A DNA stretch of 64,000 nucleotides. Origin: Dipteris shenzhenensis. Lineage: Eukaryota. Made by a program: the position numbers and the translations under genes. The stretch lies in assembly GCA_047967505.1 (NCBI GenBank), contig CM106538.1. One strand, 5' to 3'. The notes under the pieces are model-generated. The model was not told where the DNA came from. It made no database searches and saw nothing but the letters and a program-made list of their open reading frames with translations. Each line of letters begins with the position of its first letter. Within the stretch, counting starts at the first letter, position 1. Of this stretch, positions 39,950 through 51,890 are shown piece after piece.

Positions 39950-40375
39950 GGAGAAAGTAGCAAGGAAGAGGGAGGAGGAGAAGAAGCAAGAGAAAGAGGA
40001 GGAGAAGAGTAGGGCGACATGTGTAGAAGGGAGGGAAGAAGCTACTATAGAAGGGAGGAGAAGGGGAGAGATGCTACAGGAGGGAGGAGGAGGGGAGAGA
40101 TTCTGTAGGAGGGAGAAGTAGAGGAGAGGGATCCTGGGCAGCTAGAGAAGGAGGGGAGAGGGAGGGAGGAGGAGCCAAAAGGAGAAGGAGGAGCCAGAAG
40201 GAGGAGGAGGAGGGGAGAGGGAGGAGGGAGGAGGAGGAGCAAGATGGAGGAGGGGAGAGGAGGAGGGAGGGGGAGGGAGGGAGAGGGAGAGGGAGGAGAA
40301 GGAGGGAGGGAGGGAGGGAGGGAGGGAGAGAAAGGGAGGGAGGGAGAGTGAGAGAGAGGGAGGAGGGAGGGAGAT
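39950..40375 (+). repeat. Long polypurine (GGA/GGGA) low-complexity tract
   Basis: Almost pure A/G on the plus strand, between two divergent gene relics. Confidence 0.9.
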
Positions 40376-41107
40376 TCGAAATTTGAAATTCAAATTTCGA
40401 AAAGTGGCCCCCTCCCCTCATTGATGAGGGGAGAGGTGGGCTCAAATGTGGGCTTAACCCACCTAGGTTGGGCTGGTTGGCCCTCTTTGGGACCCTTCAA
40501 GCCCCTTGCATTAGCCCACTAAGCATTCCCTAATTCATTCCTTATGAGGCCCTTTTGAGACCCCAATTTTCCCCTAATGTATTTTTATTTGTTCGTGTAT
40601 GTGTTATATGCAGGTCCACATGATGCATGTAATGGTGTATGTTTGCCAAGGTAAGGAGCATAGGGCCACCCCCTTGGATGACTTCGTGGAGGATGGGGTC
40701 GGCACCATAGAATGGGTGTGCGATGCAAATGATATCCCCGTGCGAGTTATTGCTTAGCAATTGTGTATTAGCTTTGGCAAAGTTTGAAATACAAGCTGGG
40801 CTTGCATTGATTTTTAGTGTTATGGTAGGTGGCATGCAACACAAACAATTGTTTTGGATGAGGTTACTGTAGGACTACTCAGAAGATGGAGACACACTCC
40901 TTGATTGCAATGTAGGGTGCAGAGACTTAGTCGAACCTGCAGTGCAGAGACTTAGCCCACAAAGGGAGGGGAACCATGGTTTCTAAGAGGCAGAGTATGG
41001 ATTTGAGTTTGACATCTCCATGAATGTTTGTTGAAATTCAACTACATACAATTTGGTTTTTCCTTTATACAATATTGCACTTTTGTAATCTCATCGAGCT
41101 TGAACAG

Positions 41108-41520
41108 TTGCCTCCACCTTCGAGAGTTGGTGATTTTTTATTTGAATGGGGGCTTACTTCATAGGAGGCTAAAGACTCAGGGTACCTTGTCGGCCAAGGC
41201 ATTAGAGCTAGAGAACCACTTGGCCTTGTTAAGAGCTAGTGGCCGAGTTCCTCCATGAGGTTTGATGTGGCTATTTGGAGCTCAGTACAACATGACAATC
41301 TACAGAGATTATTGGTCCTGCTAAAGGGAGAATGTCACCAAGCGACTGGCTATCACATCCTTCTTTGTGTTTGAGTATAGCTAGGATAGATGTATGACAC
41401 AGGCCACATATGTAGGAAGAGGACAGGGGCATGCGAATCCTAAGTTTGGGAAGCACTTGGCCGACATCAATTGGCAACACTTTGACCCTTCGGCAATGTT
41501 GCTTGTGGATGATAAGGATG
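41108..41520 (+). pseudogene. FCP1/NIF-type (HAD family) phosphatase-like relic
   Basis: LVIFYLNGGLLHR (cf. LxLDLNGxLxxR), RFDVAIWSS...NL, FFVFEYS*DRC, HFDPSAMLLVDD in the canonical order, with frameshifts. Confidence 0.65.
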
Positions 41521-41989
41521 TTTTTATCAAAGCTATGCTTATATATATATTAATATAAAATCTTGGCAAAAGTTCTCAAGCTCATTTTTCAAGTTTCACA
41601 ATATTGGTAGAATGTAGTACTCTTTTATATATTTTCTTTTGAATTTTGAATGAAAAAGTGTAAATCCTGGCGAAACTTTAAAATTTCTTGCATAAAAGTT
41701 TCAAATCTTGGCGAATATTTCAAACATTTATTTTTATTAAGGCATACAAACTTTTGATGCCAATATAAAAGTTTAGCCTCTCAATGAAACTAACTTGAAA
41801 AAATCATCTATGGTGGATGACAATGTGAAAAAATAAGCATTATGAGAGGAGGAGCAATGCTTCTAGACATCTATTTTGCCTATGCCTCTTTGCATGACAT
41901 CTCCTCTAGCAATGATTTTTATCACCAATTGTTGTGTTTGCAGTTCTATGTCTTATTTCTAGTCGGGGATAGGCCAAGTGGGGCATATT

Positions 41990-42246
41990 CTAGGGGGATG
42001 CACTACTAATAAACCCTACATATCACGTGCATTCAAGGGGTATTTTTAAAATTCCTCAACTAAAATTTCCCCCCTAATAAAACCACCCCTCTTTATTTAT
42101 GGACTATGGAATTTTTAAAAATTTTGGATTAAAAAATCTCTCCTATAATTGTAATCTTGTTAAATTTTTCCTAATTGTCGAGTTAGAATACCCCTCCTCT
42201 TGAATGCACGTGGTACACTAAATTATTTTGAGGTAAACCCCTCGAG
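41990..42246 (-). mobile_element. MITE, CTAGGGGG/CTCGAGGG ends, perfect 8-bp TSD
   Basis: GGCATATT at 41982-41989 and 42247-42254; homologous to 27661-27899. Confidence 0.85.
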
Positions 42247-42509
42247 GGCATATTATGGAGAAGGATAAGACTTCACAAGAGGATAATTCTGAAGTGAAAA
42301 CTATGGACAACTCTACAAATTCATTCAAACTAAAGGTGGAAAGAACTCTCCAAAAGCAATAATCTCTCAACTACATTGCTAGATTGATCATAAATTTGTC
42401 TCTTTCTCCTATCGTTCATAAATATGGTTTGGTGGATAAGTTATGTTCTTATATGGTTTGGCATATAAGTCAGTCCTAAACCAAGGAAAATGTATTTCCT
42501 TCACTCTAA

Positions 42510-43210
42510 AATTAACCTAAAATTTGAACTAGACTAATTTAACTACTTTAAAACACATGAATTTCAACTACTGGGCTGGTCATTAATTATTTTTGTTCTG
42601 AAATATATTTTTGTTTTTAATTTCTATAAGTAGATGCTAACAAAAGTCAGACTAGGACAATCACAATAACATCAATTAAATTATATTTGCTACTATTAAA
42701 ACCACCTGGCAAGTTTTGAATTATCACAATGCAAGTCATCCCATGTATGACCCAAAACAACCTAGAAACTAAACTATTAAACTAATTTAAGTACTTGGAA
42801 ACACAAAAATTTCAACTATTGGGTTGGTTATCAATTATTTCGATTGCCACATGCTAGAATTTAACAGGTGGTACATGCAGACTTGTAATAATCATGGAGC
42901 TGAGAGCTCAAAATTTAAACTAATCCAATTTGACTACTCGTAAACTAAACTAGTTTAACTACTTGGAAACACAACACCACTAGGTGGTCATCAATTACCA
43001 CCATGTTAGCATTCAATAGGCACAAAACATGGAGACTTATAATATTGATGGAGTAGAGAGCTTAAAAATAAACTAAACTAATTTAACTACTCTTAAACTA
43101 AACCAATTAAACTACTTGGAAAAACAACACCATTGGATTGGTCATCAATTGCCAGCATGCTAGCATTCAATAGGCTAAACATAAGGACTTATATTAATGA
43201 TGGAGTGGAG
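42510..43210. repeat. Degenerate tandem repeats (AACTAAACTAATTTAACTACTTGGAAACAC...GGTCATCAATT)
   Basis: About four related blocks near 42525, 42765, 42940 and 43070. Confidence 0.7.
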
Positions 43211-43951
43211 AGAAAAATGTTGGTGTGGTAAGGATTAAGTGGCAGACAGAGACCTTGTGAAAATGAAGTGCCACGTTGGAAAATTTTCTTATGATGCCCC
43301 TTATGAAGTAACCAGGCAGCTAATTGGCTATTAATTTGATCAAAATACCTTAACTAGAAGGATGGCAAACTCATCGAGGTGGATTAGTGGGTATTAATTA
43401 TTGAAGTGCCATGTAGGCTCATCGACTTCACATTTCTCTACCCTTGTCTCCCACCCTCATCTCCACTACCTTTGTCGACTTCATACTAATCTACCCTCAT
43501 CAAATTCACATAACTCCACCCTTGTCTCTTGCTCCATTGTCTCCAACCTTCATCTCCACCTATGTTTTATTAATTTGAGTGTTTTTTTTAATTTGAAAAA
43601 ATTGCTAAAATACGCATTTTTTACGATTTAAAACGTTTCAATCTTTTTTTGCTATTTTATTCGTACACATAGGTTATTCATACAAATAACTCAGTTTATT
43701 CATACGAATAAACATAGTATAAACTTGCAACCACCATTGCTATTTTTGGCATTCAAATAAATAGATCCACCTGCCTTCCTTGTCACCTCAGCCACTTGCT
43801 TGCCAGCCCTGCTCCCTCTTACTTGCCTACCTACTACCTCCAGCTTGCTTCCATACCTACCACCTCTCTTCATAGGTATCTTACTGCACCCTTGCTTGTG
43901 TTGCAGTCTTTCATTAGTATTAATGTTTCTTTTGCTTTGTTTTGTTTAGGA

Positions 43952-44641
43952 CTAGCACTCATCTCTCTTAGGAGAGTTGTGTCTTGCAATCTTTTTAAAT
44001 TATTCAATATTTATTTTATATTGTATTTAAGTGTGTAGACAAGCTGGCACTTGTCTCTCTTGCGAGAGTTGTGTGTTGCATTCTGTTTTTGTTATGTGTT
44101 GCAATTTCAATTATAATATAAATAATTATTTTTTACTTGAGGCTGGCACTCATCTCTCTTAAGAGAGTTGTGTGTTGTAGTCTCAGTTTGTATAAAAATG
44201 TTTGTTTGTAGGGACTCTTGGGTTGGCACTCATCTCTCTTAAGAGAGTTGTGTGTTGCAGTCCAAGCTTAGTGATGTTTTCATAGATGCTTATTCTAGCA
44301 CTCATCTCTCCCTTGAGAGTTGTATGTTACAGTCTAAGTTTAGAGATGTTTTTAAGCACTTAGTCTGGCACTCAATTGTCCCTTGATAGTTGTGTGTTAC
44401 AGTCTAAGTTAGATATCATGCGACGTGCTCTTAGACACTTAGTCTGGCACTCAACTATCCTTTGATAGTTGTGTGTTGCAGTCTAAGTTAGATATCCTAC
44501 GATGTGCTCTTAGACACTTAGTCTAGCACTCAACTATCCCTTGATAGTTGTGTGTTGCAATCTAAGTTAAATATCATGTGATCTGCACTTAGACACTTAG
44601 TCTGGCACTCAACTATCCCTTGATAGTTGTGTGTTGTAGTT
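43952..44641 (+). repeat. Array of nine ~40-bp hairpin repeats with 30-59-bp spacers
   Basis: Units CT(G/A)GCACTCA-stem-loop-TTGTGTGTTGCAGTC start at 43952, 44044, 44143, 44223, 44295, 44365, 44444, 44523 and 44602. Confidence 0.92.
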
Positions 44642-44869
44642 GAAGCCTAGTGTTAGATGGTAAAGTCCACGATTAGGCTATACCTAGGTCATTTTTTGTG
44701 CAGGTTACACGCTTATTTTTTGTGTTTTGATTTTTTGTAGTCTGTTGAGAGGTTATATCTAGGTAATTTCTTAGAATGCTTGCATTGTTAATTGTTATGT
44801 CTTAATGAGTTTCTTATTGCACCTAGCACTGAATTCTTTTTTGAATTCTTTGTTGCAACTTACTGCATA

Positions 44870-45940
44870 TGAGATGGCTTGCGCAGGTGAGAAGAGGAAG
44901 TGTCAGCAACTTGATCTCACTAAGATTTAGAGGAAGGTGCTGAAAATTGAGAATGTAAACTTCTTAATGAATGTCAATCATGATGCGACAATTTTTTTTA
45001 AAAGATTGTTTCTATAGGTTTAGTATTGTTTAATTGTTTAATATTGTTTGTGGTTACAAATTAATTCTATCTTGTTGTCATTTTTTAGGTTAAGTATGAG
45101 CATGGAGGGAGAGAACTTAGAGAACATTCTCCCACACGATCCTTCCCCAACTAGAGCAACTTCCACTTCAAGAGGGCCCACAATGTGCTTTTCTACCTCA
45201 AGAAGCTAATTAAGCAGACCAGCTAAGTCACGCTGAGGCTCAAGCTATCTTATAGGCACAAAGAGAGATGTTGGGAAAACTTGAGGGGCTAGGTATTTTT
45301 GTTACTGGTTTAGTGGATGATGATACCATGCAAGGCGACCCGCTCTCTCTTCGACAAGTACAGAGACTATGTCCATCAAAGTTCGTAAGAAACACCTTGT
45401 TTCTTCGTTCAAGAAATGCTAGGAATAAATATGCATAGCCCAAGTTGTCAGACTTGCAGCACAAAAACCTAGCCCACATCCTTCTCCAGCGATTCATATA
45501 GGTGGAAGAGAGCATCCCTAACAAGCAGCAAATACCCATGTATTTCATTCAACAGGTGTATGTCTACAATGTCTTGCATCGACGTGTGGATTGCAATGAC
45601 AAGCATCACTTGTCAAGAATAGGAAAGGGATGTCCTGCAGAGTGCAAGTGAGCAAGGATAGAGAACAGAGAGCCCGTGTCTTAGAGACCTCATGTGCTAA
45701 CTCCCCAGGCACACAGTGATCTTGTTGACTTGGCCACATCTGCCATACCTCTCTGTCAACAAGGTGTTACTCTGCTGAGGAGTTACAAGAGCGCGTTGCA
45801 TCACAAGCCAAAGGGATCGAGGACTTGCAAGCATGTGTATAGACGTTCAAGACTAATCTTGCACGCTACAGACATACCTTTGGAGATTTGGATGCAACTG
45901 AGGGTACCGACATTTTTTATTTGGAGGACCTCACTAATAT
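44870..45940 (+). pseudogene. Degraded ORF of unknown function, convergent with the hAT transposase
   Basis: Acceptor ttttttag near 45089, then a long frame with scattered stops (AQREMLGKLEGLGIFVTGLVDD...IPMYFIQQVYVYNVLHRRVD). No domain recognised. Confidence 0.4.
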
Positions 45941-46126
45941 AGATTTGTAGGGTACAAGACCAAGCACTCAGGGAACAGTAGATGTGGATCCTATTGCATA
46001 ATTATGTACATTGTAAACTTCATATATAGCTTTGTAATACTCTTCTTCAAATATAATGATCTGGGTTAAGTGCATTTGTTTCATTGTACAATTTTATCAT
46101 CCTCCAACTTTTTATGCAATGATGGT

Positions 46127-46300
46127 TCGAGTGATATAAGTGATTTAAGTGGTTCAAGTGGACTAAGTGATATAAGCGATTTAAGTGATTTAAGCAACTT
46201 AAGTGACTTAAGTGGACTACGTGATTTAAGTGGACTAAGTGATTTAAGTGATTTAAGTGAACTAAGTGGCATAAGTGATTTAAGTGGACTCAGTGGATTA
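46127..46300. repeat. 9-bp minisatellite (AAGTGATTT / AAGTGGACT)
   Basis: About 19 degenerate units directly visible. Confidence 0.93.
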
Positions 46301-46725
46301 GGTCGACTTGTAAAGTTAATGCAGAAATATTGAAATATATCGATGTGAATTAGTGCACATGATAGCTAGATCAACCCTTGAGACTTGAAAATATAAACTT
46401 AGATTTTGCATAATTGATTATTCTTTCCAACTTTCCGATGTTGCCTTGAAAGTATTTGCAAATCACAAGGTTGGCTCTAGCTATTATGTATACCAAAATC
46501 ATCCACAATCTCGATAACTACAACACAACATTGCTTGTAGCCCACAAGGTTCTAGCTTTCAAGTACAAAAGGAGACGAGATGGATACATCGCTTGACATA
46601 TTCTCCCATCCATCTCCTCGCATACAACATTATACCCGATATAATTTAAGCTTCATCCACTGCTTCTATCACCTATCATATTCTTCTATCACTCTATATT
46701 GTATTCAACATAAGTACAATATCGT

Positions 46726-48540
46726 CTACCCTTTGACTTCACTATTGTCACTGAGTAGCTCAAGCTCATCTTCGTCTTCACTGAATGCACCCTCAGCCAC
46801 TAATTCTATAGTCAATCGTTGTCCAGCAATTCTCATTACAGCGGCTTCACTTGCTGCTTTAGCCATCGCAACATTGAATCCTTTCAACAATCGTAGATTT
46901 CCAAAGCAAAATACCAAATCTGCAGCTCTTCATGGCTTTAAGCGATTGCATCTCTTAGAATGAATAAAATCATATGCACTCCAATTTCGCTCACATGCAC
47001 CCAATGATGCAGCAACAGAGAGCACATGAGTTGCAACATGTTGCAACTCCAATGTCTCTCCACCATATTCCTTCCACCAAGTAGGTGACATCTTCTAATA
47101 CACTTTACCCATAACAAAGGCATCAGTGTTGACCATCCTTAACATTGTTACAAATGGCTCTACACCTTCTTTTATTCTTTCGACATTTTTTCAAAATAGA
47201 GATGATTGTACAAGATGCACACATTTAGAGCCTGGTATTGCATACTGCATCTTTTTCTCAAGCCAATTCACCCATCATCTATCAGCAATAGTCTCGACTA
47301 AAGCTTGATGCACTTCCAACAATCTAGCAAGAACTAGAAAAGAAGTGCCAAATCTAGTTTGACAAAATTGCATGAGTTGCTTCACAAAGTGCTCTCTAAA
47401 TACTACATGCAAGTATTGATGACTCTTTATAAAACTCACTACGACATTAGCATCTTGTAGTATTGATTGCACAAATGGGAATTGTCCAATACCCTTCAAC
47501 AATAAATTGAGAGTATGAGCACCACATGGCACCCATGTCAAAGTGGGATACTTTGCCATGACATCTCACCTGTGGTCTTGTAATTCGATGCATTATTTGT
47601 TACTAATGCAGTAACATTTTCACTGCCACTAACTTTATGAATTGTTCTTTCATATATTTTTACAATATATGTTGAAGTTTTTTCCTTTAGAGACATATCA
47701 ATACTCTCCAAAAACATAGTTCCCTTGGGAGTAATGCACATTACATTTATCAAGGGCCTAGCCTTCTTGCTAGTCCATCCATCAAAAGCAAGAGTGCATC
47801 CATATGTAGGAATAAAATCCAATATCTTTTTTTTCAAGAAATTTGCCACAGTTTGTTTGACTCTATCAAGATGATCTGTACGCATTTTATTATAATCCAG
47901 CAAATAAATCCTGGTTTAGCACATGATTTCAAGGCATTATGAAATGTCTCATCTCTCATGACATTGAATGGTATATCATTTTTGACAAATGCTTCATGAT
48001 TTCAAGGCATTACGAAATGTCTCCTCTCTCATGACATTGAATGGTATACCATTTTTAACAAATGCTTCGGTCCATCTTAAGTGCTCTTCATGCACTTGTT
48101 TGCTGAAGAAATCCATCCTCCATAGAAGATTATTCTCCCTTTTTTCTCTTCTTTACCTAACAGGCATTAGTCACATCAAAACTTACATGCAACCCGCTTG
48201 CTGGCAAATCTACATCACCTTCATGTACGGATACACTCCTTGCATTTATTGATGCTTCTCCTTCGACTGTCTCATCAACCTCAGCACTCACATCTTGTTG
48301 ATTTGGACAATTTCTTATCAAGGTCGGATTAACCACTTACTTCACTTTCTCTAAATACAATTTGCATAACAGAAGAACATCAGACGGCAGGCATGTGTAA
48401 GCTCCAACATCACTACCTATTGCTTGATGTGAGTAGAACTGCCTATGAACTTGTGCCCACAATATCTACACTCTAAGAAAGAGATCGATGCATGTACTTT
48501 TTGTATCTCCATCACATATGACCAAATCTTGCCATCCACC
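46726..48540 (-). pseudogene. hAT transposase (DUF659-type with dimerisation domain), frameshifted
   Basis: GCTLAFDGWTSKKARPLINVM, VTNNASNY, WVPCGAHTLNLLLKGI, TRFGTSFLVLARLL, CERNWSAYDFIHSKR...LVFCFGNLRLL. Confidence 0.92.
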
Positions 48541-48689
48541 ATGCTTTTAAAGTTGCCAAAAAAGAAAATGCAAAAAAATTAATTTGAGTATACAATAGAA
48601 ACATACTGCGATACACATTTTTTAAAAAAACAACACATATCCTTTAAAAAACACGTTCAAGCATGCAATATATTAATTGTCATTCATTC

Positions 48690-49100
48690 ATGCTCTATTA
48701 AAAGAATATGAAGTATTCATTCAAAAGAAACTGTAAGAATAAGTAATAAAAATTAAGACATTGATTCATTTCTATTGAAAGAATATACTCAAATTGAAAA
48801 TCATTCATTTACATTCTATTAAAAGAATATTATATATTCATTCAAAAGAAAGTGAAAGAATTGAGTAATGAAAAGAGATATGGTTTCATTTTTATTTGAA
48901 GAATACACTCAAATTGAAAATCATTCATTCACATTCTATTGAAAGAATATCAAATATTCATTCAAAAGAAAGTGTAAGAATTAGACAACTCTTCTAATAA
49001 CTTTTAAAACTTTCAATTCGCACACTTTAAAACTTTTTATTCTTTCACATTCTATTGAAAGAATATTAAATATTCATTCAAAGAAAGTGTGAGAATACAA
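48690..49100. repeat. AT-rich tandem repeats (CATTCTATTGAAAGAATAT...ATTCATTCAAAAGAAAGTG)
   Basis: About four copies at roughly 120-bp spacing. Confidence 0.8.
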
Positions 49101-49120
49101 ACACAAAATAAAATCATATT

Positions 49121-49745
49121 TCTCACAAGAGATCTAGGGAAATCAACGAGGAGATCCTAGAACTCCCACATACAAAATTCTCACAAGAGATCTAAGGAAC
49201 TCAACAAGGAGATCCTAGAACTCCCACAAACAAATTTCATAATTTTATAGACACAAAAACAAGCCCATTCCTCACAAGAGATCTAAGGAACTCAACAAGG
49301 AGATCCTAGAACTCCCACGTACAAAAATCTTATCAAAAGAGATCTAAGGAACTCACCAAGGAGATCCTAGAACTCCCACGTACAAAAATCTATCCAGATG
49401 AGATCTGAGAAACTCAACAAGGAGATCCTAGAACTCCCACAAATAGATTTCATAGAGACAAAAACAAGCACATTTCTCATAAGAGGTCTAAGGAACTAAA
49501 CAAGGAGATCCTCAAACTCCCACAAATAAATTTATCTCACAAGATATCTAAGGAACTCAACAAGGAGATCCTAGAACTCCCACAAACAAGTTTTAGACAC
49601 AAAAATATCTAAGACATTTTTCTCATAAGAGATTGAAGGAACTCAATAAAGAGAACCTAGAACTCCCACAAACAAAAGAACAAAGACCAAAACCAAAAAC
49701 CTCACAAGAGATCTTAGGAACTCAAAATGAGATCCTAAAGCTCCC
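49121..49745. repeat. Array of nine ~48-bp repeats with variable A-rich spacers, upstream of the hAT gene
   Basis: CTCACAAGAGATCTAAGGAACTCAACAAGGAGATCCTAGAACTCCCAC units separated by about 8-42 bp. Confidence 0.92.
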
Positions 49746-50079
49746 TAACAAAAAATCCATCTTATTTCAGACCTTCTAGATTTCTTTCACAACATTGAGG
49801 ACCTTTCTTCTCCTTTTCCTTGTTTGATCTCTTATGCTCGGCTGGGGAACCAAGTGTGAGATAAGAGACATTGGCAAACACTGAGCTTATATTGAGAAAC
49901 ACATCAACATATTCATTCTAATATAGGTTTATTTGTACGAATAAGTATTCGTACAAATAAAATTTATCCGTACGAATATGTAGGGATGACATGTCAATCG
50001 TACGAATATGTAGGGATGACATGTCGATTTCCTTCCCCTTAAGCTGGTCTATCATTGGAACAACAATCCTAGCATAATC

Positions 50080-51860
50080 CTAGATAAATCTCCTATAAAA
50101 TCCCGAGAAACCTAAGAATATATGTAATTCTTCTAGATTTGTAGGATGTGGCCATTCCAATATGGCCCTTACTTTGTCATGGTCCATATAAATCCCTTCT
50201 TGGGATATTATATGTCCCAAGTATTTCACTTGTTTTGCAAAGAATTCACATTTGGATTCTTTAGCAAAGAGTGAATTATCTCTAAGTAGCTGGAACACTT
50301 TTCGCAAATGTTCTAAATGCTTTTTTCTTATTTTACTATAAATAAGTATATTGTCTAAAAATACTATAGTAAATTTTCCTAGATATGGCCTTAAGACACT
50401 ATTCATAAGTGTCATGAAAGTTGTTGGAGCATTTGTTAATCCAAATGGCATTACTTTAAATTGATAATGCCCATACCTAGTACAAAATGATGTCTTAGGG
50501 ACATCCTCTTGCCTAATTTGTACTTGGTGATATCCTGATCTTAAATCAATTTTAGTAAAGTATTTCCCCCCTTGCAATTGATCAAAGAGCTCATCAATGC
50601 AAGGCATAGGATACTTATTTTTTGTGGTGATTTTGTTTAGTGCTTGTTAATCTATGCATAAATGCATAGTACCATCCTTTTTCTATAGTAGTAAAACTGG
50701 TGCATACCAAGGTGAGCTACTTGGTTGCATTTGGCCCTTCCTAAGGTATTCTATTAGTTGGATTTTGACCTCACATTCCTCCATTTGACTAAACCTACGG
50801 ACAAGGGTTGATCCAGGAATTAAATCTATTTTATGATCTACTTCTCTCTCAACAGGTAAACCATCACGTAAATCAAATGAAAAAACATCTTTAAATTCAA
50901 ACATTAAATCATTGAAAGAAGATTTATACTTTTTAGCATTATCAAAGACAACCTTACTTCTTTCCAATGTAGAAGACATAAAATCACCAATGAAAATAAG
51001 TGCAAAGAGATATACCTTGCATTCTTCTTGGTGTAGTAGTCATTCCAATTCCATTAAACAAATAAGAGGAGAGTTAGGCACATCATGTTCTCCTTGAATC
51101 TGGAAGACTCTACCCTCTTTCTCAACATAATGGAGTTATTAAGATAACTCCTCTATATGCTATGCCCAATAATATACAGCCATTTTCGACCACGCACTAC
51201 ATCTGTTCAATCAAGATGCATGATTTGGAAATCCAAGGCATCCTAATAACCTTGAATATCCACCTCTACACCATCTATCATGGTATCCTAAACTTTTTTA
51301 TCACTTCCCTTTGCCAAAAAGACCACATATTTATGGTCACTAGGGCTCTCGAGCAATTTTAATTTCTTAACTAATGAGTAGTTCAAGAAATTATGTGTTG
51401 CACTATCATTAACCATCACTCTTAGTCTTTGCTTCTTGATTTTTCCATGCGTCCTCATTAAATCATGAGGACCAAAGGTGGGCTGCCACATTGCTAATGA
51501 TAGACAACACATGTGGGTACTATCCTCATGATAGACCTCTACCTTAATGTACTTTCCAGTATCATTAAGCAGGCAACACTTGCACCGCATGTACTTGTTT
51601 TTGTGGTCTATTTGGGTCTTTAGCTCCTGCTGGTTTATTTTTAGGACAATTCCAAGCAGCATGGTCTTTACCCAAACATTTAAAGCAAAGATTTTCTTGC
51701 GTGGCCCTTTCATAATCCTCTTTCTTCAAGAGAGGATAATTTTGTGTTTGAGGTTTCTTAGGTGGTGCCTGAGGAACCTCCTTCTTAAAGTGCCCCCTCC
51801 TTTTCAAATTGGAAAATTTATTGAACTTTCGAAAAACCTCTTTGCTTTGAAGTTCCAACT
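50080..51860 (-). pseudogene. Ty3/gypsy gag-protease-RT fragment
   Basis: CFKCLGKDHAAWNC, VMVNDSATHNFL, KIDLRSGYHQ, VMPFGLTNAP, VFLDNILIY. Confidence 0.95.
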
Positions 51861-51890
51861 ATGAATTTCCCCATTGTATCATCGTATATT

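Noticed and set aside
40045-40445. Pro/Ser/Leu-rich ORFs
   Set aside because: Low-complexity polypurine/polypyrimidine tract.
46070-46333. SDLSGL-repeat or LRR-like ORFs on both strands
   Set aside because: By-product of the 9-bp minisatellite.
43952-49745. CRISPR arrays at 43952-44641 and 49121-49745
   Set aside because: Eukaryotic transposon context, no cas genes, spacer lengths too variable, and many spacers are related to one another. Kept as unusual repeat arrays.
43230-50043. TTAA-flanked (Kolobok/piggyBac-like) ends around the hAT unit
   Set aside because: The sequences inside the two TTAA sites are not convincing inverted repeats.
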